From a virus (lineage: Duplodnaviria > Caudoviricetes), in the IMG/VR virus record IMGVR_UViG_3300044878_000156, positions 1-25,018 of that record: DNA of 25,018 nt, one strand, 5' to 3'. Below are positions 1-7,989 of the stretch, one piece after another; positions within the stretch are counted from its first letter, which is position 1, and the number at the start of each line of letters is the position of its first letter. Both the position numbers and the translations under genes were made by a program. The notes beneath the pieces were generated by a model. The model was given only the letters and a program-made list of their open reading frames with translations, made no database searches and had not been told where the DNA came from.

Positions 1-21
1 CTCGACACGCCCGGGATGAAC

Positions 22-65
22 CAAAAAGCCCCGCCGTTCCGGGGATTATCCAGAACGGCGGGGCT
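22..65 (-). terminator. Rho-independent terminator downstream of the tRNA-Val 3' end (host side)
   Basis: 13-bp inverted repeat AGCCCCGCCGTTC (27-39) / GAACGGCGGGGCT (53-65), followed on the minus strand by a T-run. Confidence 0.85.
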
Positions 66-73
66 AGGGAACT

Positions 74-127
74 TGGTGGGTCCTACCGGGATCGAACCGA
101 TGACATCCACGGTGTAAACGTGGCGCT
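74..127 (-). mobile_element. Prophage att core: duplicated 3' 54 nt of tRNA-Val(TAC)
   Basis: Minus strand reads AGCGCCACGTTTACACCGTGGATGTCATCGGTTCGATCCCGGTAGGACCCACCA: anticodon arm (TAC), T-arm and CCA end. The 5' acceptor strand and D-arm are missing. It lies 43 bp from the integrase stop. Confidence 0.92.
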
Positions 128-169
128 TCCGCCCGTCAGGGCGCGGGTTTTCAGGGGTTCAGGGGGATT

Positions 170-1267
170 CTAGGGAGACTCAGGTTTGAGTAGGGAGTCC
201 ATCCGGGCGGCCACGTCGGTGAGCTCCTGGTCGAAAAGCCCGCTGTAGATGTCGAGTGTGAGCGCGGCGGAAGCGTGGCCGAGCATGCGCTGAACGGACT
301 TCACCGAGGCGCCGGAGTGGACAGCGAGGCTGGCCGCCGTGTGCCGGAGGTCGTGGACCCACAGGCCCTCCGGGAGCCCGGCCGCCTCCACAGCAGTGTC
401 GTACTCGCGGGTCTTGAAGTTGTTCGAACGCAGGTGGTGGCCGCGCTCGGACGGGAAGACCAGCACGTCCCGCCCCTTGCCCTGCAGCCGGGTGGCCAGC
501 CGCTCCGCCATGAACGCAGTGAGAGGGACTGTGCGTTCCTTGCCGTTCTTGGGCGGCCCGATGACCATGGCCCCTTCGACCTCGGTCACGGACCGGGACA
601 CCCGGATCCGGTGCCGCTTTACGTCGATGTCCCTGGCGCGGAGCTCGGCGGCCTCCCCGAACCGGAGCCCGGTGGTGGCGAGGAACCAGACGAGGTCCGC
701 GAACTGAGGGGAGATCTCCCGGGCGAGCCGGCCGACCTGGGCCGCGGTCAGGAAGATGTGTTCCCGCTTCTGACCCTTGGGCAGGTTGACTCCTTTGGCC
801 GGGGAGGTGACGATCCGTCCCTCTTCTACGCACCAGTTCAGGAACTTACGAAACCGGCCGTAGATGGTGTCGACGGTGCGGGCGGCCTTGTCCATCCCTG
901 ACACCCAGACCTGGACGTCGGCGCGGGTCACGTCGGCGAGGATCTTGTCGCCCCAGTACGGTTTGATCGTGGCTCGGACGTCAGACCGGGTGGCGGCCAT
1001 GGTGGAGGGTTTGAGGTGGACCTGCGTTTCGACCCAGACGTCGATGAGATCCCGGATGAATACCCGGCCCTGTTCCTGGCTGATGTAGGTCCCGGAGCGC
1101 TGGTTGTGCTCCACCCACGTCAGGTGGGCCCGGGCGGCGTCCTTGAGCTCGAAGGAGCGTTTCCGTTCCTTGCCGGCCTCGGTCCACACGGCCCGCCACC
1201 GCTTCCCCTTTCCGTACTCCGGGGTGCGGGTTCGGTCCTTCCGGGTCCAGCGGTCCTCGACGCGCAT
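170..1267 (-). CDS. int: Tyrosine integrase (365 aa)
   Basis: TGLRFGE, HDLRH, LGH and LDIY catalytic motifs. The start is likely MRVEDR at 1267, coupled TAATG to the upstream gene. Confidence 0.95.
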   Translation of the reverse strand: MRVEDRWTRKDRTRTPEYGKGKRWRAVWTEAGKERKRSFELKDAARAHLTWVEHNQRSGTYISQEQGRVFIRDLIDVWVETQVHLKPSTMAATRSDVRATIKPYWGDKILADVTRADVQVWVSGMDKAARTVDTIYGRFRKFLNWCVEEGRIVTSPAKGVNLPKGQKREHIFLTAAQVGRLAREISPQFADLVWFLATTGLRFGEAAELRARDIDVKRHRIRVSRSVTEVEGAMVIGPPKNGKERTVPLTAFMAERLATRLQGKGRDVLVFPSERGHHLRSNNFKTREYDTAVEAAGLPEGLWVHDLRHTAASLAVHSGASVKSVQRMLGHASAALTLDIYSGLFDQELTDVAARMDSLLKPESP

Positions 1268-1575
1268 TAGCGCAGCTCGTGTCCGATGAGGCGCTGCATG
1301 ATGAGCCATTCGTCGACGTTGAGGTCGGCGAGGTAGTGCAGGAGGTCGGCGCGGGTGACGTTGAGGGCCACGGCGATCGTGTGGGTGCAGGACTCGTCGC
1401 GGGCTGCAGTGAGGAGTGCCCGGGGGGTGATGAGGCGCCGGGCCGCCCACCTGCTGGCCTGGTCACAGCGTTCCGGGCATCTGGTGCCGTAGTACGTGTG
1501 GCCGCGCTGATGCATGGCAGCGGAGCGGTCTTCGTGGATTTCGTGCAGTCCCCCCAGGGGCTTTTCTTTCAACAT
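1267..1575 (-). CDS. ImmA/IrrE-like protein with degenerate HExxH (HQRGH)
   Basis: MHQRGH...CDQASRWAARRLI...IAVALNVT resembles the C-terminal half of ImmA/IrrE peptidases. It sits at the canonical position between repressor and int. Confidence 0.6.
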   Translation of the reverse strand: MLKEKPLGGLHEIHEDRSAAMHQRGHTYYGTRCPERCDQASRWAARRLITPRALLTAARDESCTHTIAVALNVTRADLLHYLADLNVDEWLIMQRLIGHELR

Positions 1576-1635
1576 CGGTGTGGTGCCCTTGCTCTGAAAT
1601 CGTCGCCGATGTGGTGACGAGTGACAGGCTACACG

Positions 1636-1650
1636 GTTCCGCAGTGTTCC
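1636..1650 (-). promoter_or_regulatory. GGAAC-N5-GGAAC operator-like site upstream of the immA-like/int operon
   Basis: Minus strand GGAACACTGCGGAAC, 4 nt before a -10-like TAGCCT (1626-1631). Confidence 0.6.
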
Positions 1651-1697
1651 GTTATTGTCAGAGGTATGTGCTCCATGCGTGGGAGCTTTCACATCCT

Positions 1698-2126
1698 CTA
1701 GGATTCACCCAAAAACCTGTTTTTATAGTTACGGAATCGATATGAAAGTTCGGCGAGGAGTTCTTCGTCGGTGAGCTGGCTTGCCCTTGTTACAGGCTGT
1801 TCCGGTGCCCCACTCTCCTCCTTGTCGAGATCCTGCCAGGACGCCTCTGCGCCACCCTCTTCCATGGCCGCCAGTGTGACGGATTCCTTGGGGGTGTCCG
1901 ATGCGTTATCGAGCACTTCCTGAATGGACCCGGCCCGCCACCCTAGGGCCTTTTCGACCTTGCGCTGGTTGGTTTCCCACGCCACGCGGGTGCCCGATTC
2001 CATCGTCGCAAGGGTCTTCGTATCCACCCCTGCAAGCTTGGCGAAGGGCAGCTGCCGGAGGTCGCGCTTGAGGCGGCCTTCTTTGATCAGGGCGCCGATG
2101 GTTTCGAGTGCTTCAGATTCATTCAC
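1698..2126 (-). CDS. Immunity repressor, XRE-family HTH
   Basis: IGALIKEGRLKRDLRQLPFAKLAGVDTKTLATMESG HTH; divergent from the cro-like gene. Confidence 0.85.
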   Translation of the reverse strand: MNESEALETIGALIKEGRLKRDLRQLPFAKLAGVDTKTLATMESGTRVAWETNQRKVEKALGWRAGSIQEVLDNASDTPKESVTLAAMEEGGAEASWQDLDKEESGAPEQPVTRASQLTDEELLAELSYRFRNYKNRFLGES

Positions 2127-2132
2127 AGCCTC

Positions 2133-2161
2133 ATGGTGTCCTACGGAAGTTCGGCTTACAA
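2133..2161 (-). promoter_or_regulatory. Putative leaderless repressor promoter
   Basis: Minus strand TTGTAA-17-CACCAT, then 6 nt to the GTG start at 2126. Confidence 0.55.
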
Positions 2162-2211
2162 GTGGCGCATTTCGGGGAAGAGTACCCGCGTGTAGGGAAC
2201 TGTGGTTCTAT

Positions 2212-2227
2212 TCGAACACATATTCGA
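2212..2227. promoter_or_regulatory. Actinobacterial LexA (SOS) box
   Basis: TCGAAC-ACAT-ATTCGA, one mismatch to TCGAAC-N4-GTTCGA, in the repressor/cro intergenic region. Confidence 0.7.
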
Positions 2228-2273
2228 AAATTACATCCTTGTCGTTTCGTGGGGTGTTGTGCCGTGTTACCGC

Positions 2274-2315
2274 GTGTTCCTTGCTTAGTTCCTGATTGTT
2301 CCGTAGTATTCAGTT
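2274..2315 (+). promoter_or_regulatory. Early lytic (cro) promoter, leaderless, overlapped by three GTTCC half-sites
   Basis: TTGCTT(2281-86)-17-TAGTAT(2304-09), 6 nt to ATG 2316; GTTCC at 2276, 2288 and 2298. Confidence 0.7.
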
Positions 2316-2591
2316 ATGACCACTCCAAAGAAGCCGCGGCGGTACATCCCGCGCACCCACAGCGACACCAACCCCGCGAAGACCGGCCGGATCATCCGGC
2401 AGCTGCGGATCAACAAGGCCATGACGCAGGAAGAGATCGCCACGGCCGCCGGCTACAAGCACGCCCACAGCATCTCCCGGATCGAATCTGGCTCCATGCC
2501 AATCCCGGACGCGAAGCTGCTCAAAGTGGCCCGGTACCTGGCGATTGATCCGGACAAGATCCGCAAGCCTGCCGTGAAGGTCGGCCGATGA
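2316..2591 (+). CDS. Cro-like XRE HTH protein
   Basis: IIRQLRINKAMTQEEIATAAGYKHAHSISRIESG. Confidence 0.85.
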   Translation: MTTPKKPRRYIPRTHSDTNPAKTGRIIRQLRINKAMTQEEIATAAGYKHAHSISRIESGSMPIPDAKLLKVARYLAIDPDKIRKPAVKVGR

Positions 2592-2968
2592 GCGGCCGCG
2601 ACGAACTGGTCGAGGACTTCGCCCGGTTCCTGAAAGCCAACTATCCATGCCCTTGCCCCGCCGGGTCAGAGTGCGAGGGAGAGCGCGAGGAAGCTGAGGC
2701 GCTAGTCCGAACCGTGGAAGCTCGCGGCTACAGGAAGCCCCGCACCATCACCACCGCCGAAGAGATCCGCGAACTCCCGGCCCTGACGATCGTTGTCTAC
2801 GACGACATCGCAACCGGCGGCCTCCTGCAGACCTACGTCGTCCCGGACGACGGGACCGTGATGTTCAAGGACAGCGGGGAGTTCCACCTGATGACGTTCG
2901 CTGGCGATTACATCGACGCCAAGGACATGCCGCTCCCGCTGACTGTGGTCTACGAGGTGGGCGCGTGA
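2588..2968 (+). CDS. Phage hypothetical protein
   Basis: ATGA overlap with cro, GC-rich third codon positions, protein-like composition. Confidence 0.75.
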   Translation: MSGRDELVEDFARFLKANYPCPCPAGSECEGEREEAEALVRTVEARGYRKPRTITTAEEIRELPALTIVVYDDIATGGLLQTYVVPDDGTVMFKDSGEFHLMTFAGDYIDAKDMPLPLTVVYEVGA

Positions 2969-3159
2969 GTGAGCCCATGAAGCGTGGGACGCGCCGCAAC
3001 CTCGCCTCCCAGCCCATCCCACGCGGTGGCCGGCACAACACCCGCCCCGACAAACCCTCCCCCATCACCCCGGATGAGCTCGCCGACATCATCACCCAGG
3101 CACGCGCACAACGCGCCGAAGACGACATCCGCGACTACGCAGAACGGAAAGCATCATGA
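2965..3159 (+). CDS. Phage hypothetical protein
   Basis: GTGA overlap, GAGG RBS. Confidence 0.65.
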   Translation: MSEPMKRGTRRNLASQPIPRGGRHNTRPDKPSPITPDELADIITQARAQRAEDDIRDYAERKAS

Positions 3160-3422
3160 CTCAGGCAATGGTCCTCACGGATCTGGACTGGCAGGCGGAC
3201 GCGCATGACGCGCTCCTTAAGGTGGCCGCCGAGGGTAAGCCCTTCGACGCCTACACGCTCACGGAGAAGGCCGAGCTGCGCGACCCTCCCCACCCGAACA
3301 TGTGGGGCACCTTGTTCCGGGAGGCGTCGAAGGCGGGCGTCATCCGGCGTGTGGGGTTCCACGAGTCCCGCCGTCCGGGCCGCCGTGCCGGGGTGTGCCG
3401 GGTCTGGCAGGTGGCGGCATGA
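3156..3422 (+). CDS. Phage hypothetical protein (possible winged-helix)
   Basis: ATGA coupling; PPHPNMWGTLFREASKAGVI segment. Confidence 0.7.
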   Translation: MTQAMVLTDLDWQADAHDALLKVAAEGKPFDAYTLTEKAELRDPPHPNMWGTLFREASKAGVIRRVGFHESRRPGRRAGVCRVWQVAA

Positions 3423-3883
3423 TTTGGCACAGCGGCCACCAAATGGGCCTCTCAGCACAGGCCATCGCAGGTGGCGGACGTGACCACCCGTGGGACCCGA
3501 GCGACCTCCTGCGCTGCGTCAACTTCTGCGACGGGCGCCTCAGCACAGAGCAGTTGCGAACCCGCATGGCTGGCCGCTCCATCGAATGGGATCGGCTGCT
3601 GCCGGAGTGGGACCACCTAGTCTCACTCCTGCGCCACGAGATGGACACAAGAACCGATGGGACGGCGCCGCGCACGTATGCAGAGATGAAGCGGGTACTC
3701 GCTGGCGGCACCGCTTGCACCGCGTGCGACTCCACCGGCAGAGGCACGCCCTGCGCTAAGTGCAAGGGCACCGGGCGCCGGGGTGGCGGACGCTGCCGAG
3801 CCGAGCGCTGCTTCCGGGGCGCAGACTTCTGCACTACGTGCCACGGCCGCGGTCACTTGATTGAGTCGGAGGTAGCAGCATGA
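3419..3883 (+). CDS. Hypothetical protein with C-terminal DnaJ-like CxxCxGxG zinc finger
   Basis: CTACDSTG, CAKCKGTG, CTTCHGRG repeats; ATGA coupling at 3419. Confidence 0.75.
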   Translation: MIWHSGHQMGLSAQAIAGGGRDHPWDPSDLLRCVNFCDGRLSTEQLRTRMAGRSIEWDRLLPEWDHLVSLLRHEMDTRTDGTAPRTYAEMKRVLAGGTACTACDSTGRGTPCAKCKGTGRRGGGRCRAERCFRGADFCTTCHGRGHLIESEVAA

Positions 3884-4050
3884 TCCGGGTCTTCCAGTGC
3901 AAGGATGACTGCTGCCTCGTGCGCGTCCCGTCCAAGCGATTCTGGTATGTCCGCACCCCTTCCACCATGGCCACATGGACGACGTTCGAGGACGCCATCC
4001 GCGACGCCGCCGAGTTCGCCCGATCAATCCCCCAGGAGGTAACAGCATGA
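3880..4050 (+). CDS. Small hypothetical protein (56 aa, MIRVFQCKDDCC...EVTA), absent from the ORF track
   Basis: GGAGG RBS and ATGA overlaps at both ends. Confidence 0.65.
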   Translation: MIRVFQCKDDCCLVRVPSKRFWYVRTPSTMATWTTFEDAIRDAAEFARSIPQEVTA

Positions 4051-4241
4051 GCGCGGACGCGAAGGTCTCCGAGGTCGCCGAGCACCTCGGCCTGCACCCC
4101 GAAACGGTCCGGACCATGACCCGCGGCGGGGACTTCCCCAACGCGTACAAGACCGGGCGCGGGAACCAGTCCAACCACATCCGGATCCCCTGGGCCGATG
4201 TTGAGGACTACCGGAAGAAACAGCCGAGGGCCTCACGATGA
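4047..4241 (+). CDS. Excisionase-like HTH DNA-binding protein
   Basis: AGGAGG RBS; VSEVAEHLGLHPETVRTM...IRIPWADVEDY is MerR/Xis-like. Confidence 0.75.
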   Translation: MSADAKVSEVAEHLGLHPETVRTMTRGGDFPNAYKTGRGNQSNHIRIPWADVEDYRKKQPRASR

Positions 4242-4555
4242 GCCTTGAAGCGCTGGCCCAAGAGATGACCGCCCGTCGCCCCTGGACAAAGGCGGAAGGT
4301 GAGTCCATCTGGAACATCAACGGATGCACTCCCGGACCCCGCGGCACGGCATTCACCGACTGCCTCGCGGTTGTCCTGCCCGAGTACGTCACCGGTGGCC
4401 CGGTCCTCTTCAAGATGATCGGCGCGTTGGATGACCTGATCAGCCCAGACTGGATCACGTCCGCCAAGGAACTCATGCTCGTTCACGTTGACGACACCCG
4501 GTCCGCCTACTACTCCGACGACCAGAAGATCATCGACCAAGAGGCCGCATCGTGA
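4238..4555 (+). CDS. Phage hypothetical protein
   Basis: ATGA coupling, codon bias. Confidence 0.7.
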   Translation: MSLEALAQEMTARRPWTKAEGESIWNINGCTPGPRGTAFTDCLAVVLPEYVTGGPVLFKMIGALDDLISPDWITSAKELMLVHVDDTRSAYYSDDQKIIDQEAAS

Positions 4556-4845
4556 ACCCGGAGGAGGAGCTGCACGCGGCGGTCCGGCAGGCGATCAACG
4601 ACTCCGAGGTGGCCGCGTCGAACCCGGACGACCTGCTCACCCTGCAGGCGAGGGCCGCCGTCGGCGCTGTGCTCCGGCTGGGCTGGGTCAAGGCTGCCGG
4701 GTGGGAGTACGCGGTGATGGAGGGTGACGTGACGGCGGAGATCGGCTTCAACACGGAGGGCCAGGCGCTGGCGTGGGTCGAGGCGAACCCGGGCCAGTAC
4801 ATCGTGGAGCGCCGGCCGGTGGGTGTGTGGGAGCGCCTACAGTGA
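4552..4845 (+). CDS. Phage hypothetical protein
   Basis: GTGA coupling, GAGG RBS. Confidence 0.7.
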   Translation: MNPEEELHAAVRQAINDSEVAASNPDDLLTLQARAAVGAVLRLGWVKAAGWEYAVMEGDVTAEIGFNTEGQALAWVEANPGQYIVERRPVGVWERLQ

Positions 4846-4908
4846 GGAACTTCCCCAGCAGTCGACGACTCGCCTATATTTTTTTGCCCTTTTCTTCCGT
4901 AAATGTAT

Positions 4909-4935
4909 GGAACACTACGGAACATGGTGTAAGTT
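4909..4935 (+). promoter_or_regulatory. Operator-like site plus -10 element
   Basis: GGAACACTACGGAAC (4909-4923), then TAAGTT (4930-35), in an AT-rich intergenic gap. Confidence 0.65.
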
Positions 4936-4942
4936 TGAAGAA

Positions 4943-4982
4943 CAGAAACAAAGAGGCCCAGGAGCGGTAACTCCCGGACCTC
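4943..4982 (-). terminator. Minus-strand intrinsic terminator in the leader
   Basis: GAGGTCCGGGAG-ttaccg-CTCCTGGGCCTC (two G-U pairs that form only on the minus strand), followed by TTTGTTTCTG. Confidence 0.65.
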
Positions 4983-5009
4983 AACCACCACAACCGATCT
5001 AAGGAAATT

Positions 5010-5339
5010 GTGATGACACTCCTGAATCCTACCCGGACGCCCTACCTGTTCGACAAGGACCTCGCGGTCCACATCGTCTTCGCCGAAGTCCGGCACTTCG
5101 CCGCCGGCATGAACCCCAATGGCCGCACCGAGGAAGAAGTGCAGACCCTCACCCGCCGCCTGTCCTGGCTCACCGACCGCGACCTCCGATGGACCGAAGT
5201 CGACCAGATGATCTCCCACGCTCATTCCATGGCCGCCGCCGAAACCGACCACGCCCGCGGCGCGTTGTTCATCGAATTGTTCTGGGACATCAGCACGAAC
5301 CTCGGCTCCGTCCCGACCCGTTGGGAGAACGCAGCATGA
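5010..5339 (+). CDS. Phage hypothetical protein
   Basis: TAAGGA RBS, GTG/ATG start. Confidence 0.75.
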   Translation: MMTLLNPTRTPYLFDKDLAVHIVFAEVRHFAAGMNPNGRTEEEVQTLTRRLSWLTDRDLRWTEVDQMISHAHSMAAAETDHARGALFIELFWDISTNLGSVPTRWENAA

Positions 5340-5470
5340 ACGCCTTCATCCTTATGCTCGCGACCATCGGCGCCGCTGTCTGGACCGCCTGGGCTATCCG
5401 GATGGACCGGGCCGACGCAGATAGCGCCACCGTCGCCGACGCGGCCGAGGACGAATGGCTCGGACTATGA
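5336..5470 (+). CDS. Small membrane protein (44 aa)
   Basis: MNAFILMLATIGAAVWTAWAI hydrophobic helix; GGAG RBS; ATGA coupling. Confidence 0.65.
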   Translation: MNAFILMLATIGAAVWTAWAIRMDRADADSATVADAAEDEWLGL

Positions 5471-5661
5471 GCGCCGCGATCGAAGCCGAAGTATTCTACT
5501 GCCCTGTCGAGACCCGCGCCGCCCGGATGTATGAAGACCCGGAGCCCGCCGAGTTCTGCGAGAACGAAGTCCTCGCCGAAGGCGAGCCGTGCAAGGAGCA
5601 CGGCGGCGAAGAAGAGCCGGACTGGGACGCGATCCGCAAAGACGAACGGCTCGACCGGTGA
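5467..5661 (+). CDS. Small acidic Cys/His-containing hypothetical protein
   Basis: ATGA coupling; C...C...CxxH. Confidence 0.65.
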   Translation: MSAAIEAEVFYCPVETRAARMYEDPEPAEFCENEVLAEGEPCKEHGGEEEPDWDAIRKDERLDR

Positions 5662-5837
5662 GCGCCTGCTACTGCGGCGGCCTGTACCGCTGCGAAACCT
5701 GCCGCCGGGACGTCTGCTTCTGCCCCGGCCACGAAGACCCCACCCCGGACACCCAGGAGGCTGTGACCTCCGGATACGTAAACCCATCCCAAGCCCGCAT
5801 CGAAGCGTGGCAGACCAAGCAGGAGCTAACCCGATGA
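5658..5837 (+). CDS. Small Cys-rich hypothetical protein
   Basis: GTGA coupling; CYCGGLYRCETCRRDVCFC. Confidence 0.6.
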   Translation: MSACYCGGLYRCETCRRDVCFCPGHEDPTPDTQEAVTSGYVNPSQARIEAWQTKQELTR

Positions 5838-6196
5838 CACGACCTTCCAGCCACGAAGACCTTTCCAACTACGACCGCAAGGGCTCCACAATCGCCAGCA
5901 TCTACGGCGGCGACGCAATGCTCGAACACCCCACCGTCGCCCAGCACCTCACAGCCGCTCTGGCTGAGGCCCAGCGCCTCGGCCTGAGCATCAAGGGTGG
6001 CGACATCACGACGATCCTGACTAAGGACGAGCTCGACGCCAAGCTCGTCAAAGCCCAGGAGGACTGGGACCGCGGCCAGGCGGCGTACATGAAGTACCAG
6101 GAGGACGGCACGTTCCCGACTCACAACTACCTGTGGAGCGACTTCCTCACCGCTGAGGGCATCGTCACCCCGAAGAAAGACGAGGCCGCCAAGTGA
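5834..6196 (+). CDS. Phage hypothetical protein
   Basis: AGGAG RBS before ATG 5834. Confidence 0.7.
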   Translation: MTRPSSHEDLSNYDRKGSTIASIYGGDAMLEHPTVAQHLTAALAEAQRLGLSIKGGDITTILTKDELDAKLVKAQEDWDRGQAAYMKYQEDGTFPTHNYLWSDFLTAEGIVTPKKDEAAK

Positions 6197-6879
6197 GCAC
6201 CGAGAAGACGACAGGACTTGCCCGGCTCCGCGAGCCGTTCGAGCCGCACCAGATCAACAAACTCCCCAAGCCCTACAAGTCCGACTCCCCGCGCTCCAAC
6301 TGCCGCGAGTGCGGCGGTTACCACGGCATGCCTGCCGTGCACCTGGATTACGTCGGCCACGCCGCCCTCACCGACCGGCTGCTGGAAGTGGATCCGGAAT
6401 GGTCCTGGGAGCCGATGGCCACCGGCCCTGATGGGCTCCCCGCGTTCGATAAGGACGGCGGGCTGTGGATCAAGCTTTCCATCTGCGGAGTGACCCGCCT
6501 CGGCTACGGGGACGCGCAGGGCAAGCGCGGCGCCAACGCTGTGAAGGAAGCGATCGGTGACGCGCTCCGCAACGCCGGCATGCGGTTCGGCGCGGCACTC
6601 GACCTCTGGCACAAGGGCGACCTGCACGACGCCGCCGAGGAGAAGGGCCGCGAAGACGCTCAGCGCCAGTCAGTACCCGCCGGGGACGCCGGGGCGCAGG
6701 CCCTCGCCGCACGGCGGCATGAACAGCCCAACTGGGCCGAGCTCCTCGGCAACGCAAGGAACAGCCGCGACATGCTGCTGGACCTCCTCCAGAAGGCGCA
6801 GGGCATGAACGCCCCTGAAGCAGTCATCGAAGACATCAAAGCCGCAGGCAAGGCCCTGCAGGAACGGAGTGCAGCATGA
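6193..6879 (+). CDS. Sak/Rad52-like single-strand annealing recombinase
   Basis: LDYVGH...RLLEVDPEWSW...GVTRLGYG...KEAIGDALRNAGMRFG. Confidence 0.8.
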   Translation: MSTEKTTGLARLREPFEPHQINKLPKPYKSDSPRSNCRECGGYHGMPAVHLDYVGHAALTDRLLEVDPEWSWEPMATGPDGLPAFDKDGGLWIKLSICGVTRLGYGDAQGKRGANAVKEAIGDALRNAGMRFGAALDLWHKGDLHDAAEEKGREDAQRQSVPAGDAGAQALAARRHEQPNWAELLGNARNSRDMLLDLLQKAQGMNAPEAVIEDIKAAGKALQERSAA

Positions 6880-7442
6880 GCATCAAGACGGACAACCAGC
6901 GCATCGCCCTGATCAAGGCCTACCACGACGCCCTCGGCGCGTTCCTGGCCGACGCCCGGGCCGAACACCTCGAGCAGCTCCTGGAACGATACGAGGACGA
7001 GGGTACGAAGTCGTTCGCCATCACCCTTCCGGACGGGACGAAGATCGGCAGCATCACCCTCCCGGAGGGAAAGCCCTCGGATAAGACGGTGGACGAGGCG
7101 GCCCTGTTCGAGTGGGCCGAGCAGAATGACGGGATCGACGTCGAGCACGTCCCCGCGGTTCCGGCCCGTGATGTGAAGCGGGTCCGCCCGTCCTGGCTGG
7201 CCGCGAAGATCAAAACGGCGATCGAGGGCGACGACGGGGAGCTGATCGACGTCGAAACGGGCGAAGCCATCCCCGGCGTCCGCCGCGTGCCCGGCAAGGG
7301 CCCATCGTCCTTCACGGTCACGTATGCGCCGGGCGGCCGGGAGAAGATCGCCACCGCGTATGTCCGCGGAGAGTTGAACGACCTTGCGGCCGGCACCGTC
7401 CTCCCCCAGATCGAACCCGCCCGTGAGGACGCCGCAGCATGA
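6876..7442 (+). CDS. Recombination-module protein (possibly Gam/gp157-like)
   Basis: N-terminal helical region and IDVETGEAIPGV motif; adjacent to Sak. Confidence 0.5.
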   Translation: MSIKTDNQRIALIKAYHDALGAFLADARAEHLEQLLERYEDEGTKSFAITLPDGTKIGSITLPEGKPSDKTVDEAALFEWAEQNDGIDVEHVPAVPARDVKRVRPSWLAAKIKTAIEGDDGELIDVETGEAIPGVRRVPGKGPSSFTVTYAPGGREKIATAYVRGELNDLAAGTVLPQIEPAREDAAA

Positions 7443-7630
7443 GCTGGCGGTGTGAGCACGGTTTCCACACCTACCGGCATGTCGAACTGACGCGCCATCG
7501 AGAGATCGGCGTCCAGTTTGAGCGCCCGACGTGGACACACCTCCGAGAGTGCAAGCGGTGCGGATTCAAGCGAGCGTTTCTCATCTTCCGCTACCCACGA
7601 ATCAAGATCGCAAAGGAGCCCACGCCGTGA
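7439..7630 (+). CDS. Small zinc-ribbon hypothetical protein
   Basis: CEHGFH...RECKRCG; coupled at both ends. Confidence 0.65.
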   Translation: MSWRCEHGFHTYRHVELTRHREIGVQFERPTWTHLRECKRCGFKRAFLIFRYPRIKIAKEPTP

Positions 7631-7989
7631 TCACGCCCACGACGAACGACGTCATCCTGACCCTCGCCCAGTTGGGCCGGGATCTGGACAACAAGCAGGA
7701 CGAGATCGCCCGCCTGGACGAGGAAGCCGTCCGGGCCCGGTCACGGTTTGAGGTGTCCTTTGCACGGGCGTTCATCCAGGCGGCCGGCGCCGAGGGCCTG
7801 CGGAAGCAGACCGCGGTGCTGGAGACCGAGGCCGCGAAGCTGGACGCGGAGATCGCGGATCAGAAGTTGAGGGCGGCGCGGGAAGCGATCCGGGTCCTTC
7901 GGGACCGGCTGGATATTGGGCGCTCCCTCAACTCCGCGATCCGTTCCGAGTGGAGCGCGCAGGGCGCCGGCCAGCAGTTGGTCGCGTGA
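7627..7989 (+). CDS. Coiled-coil phage protein
   Basis: AAGGAG RBS, GTG start, helical heptad pattern. Confidence 0.7.
   Translation: MITPTTNDVILTLAQLGRDLDNKQDEIARLDEEAVRARSRFEVSFARAFIQAAGAEGLRKQTAVLETEAAKLDAEIADQKLRAAREAIRVLRDRLDIGRSLNSAIRSEWSAQGAGQQLVA

Noticed and set aside
74-127. Functional tRNA-Val gene
   Set aside because: Similarity stops at 127. The 5' acceptor strand and most of the D-arm are absent, so it is the att duplication.
1268-1450. N-terminal extension of integrase in the ORF track
   Set aside because: It overlaps the upstream gene in another frame. The TAATG coupling supports the start at 1267.
4909-4923. GGAAC as an ECF sigma (SigH/SigR) -35 element
   Set aside because: The sites are 10-bp tandem repeats occurring in both orientations and sit next to TANNNT housekeeping -10s. 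A correctly spaced GTT -10 is not consistent. Not fully excluded.
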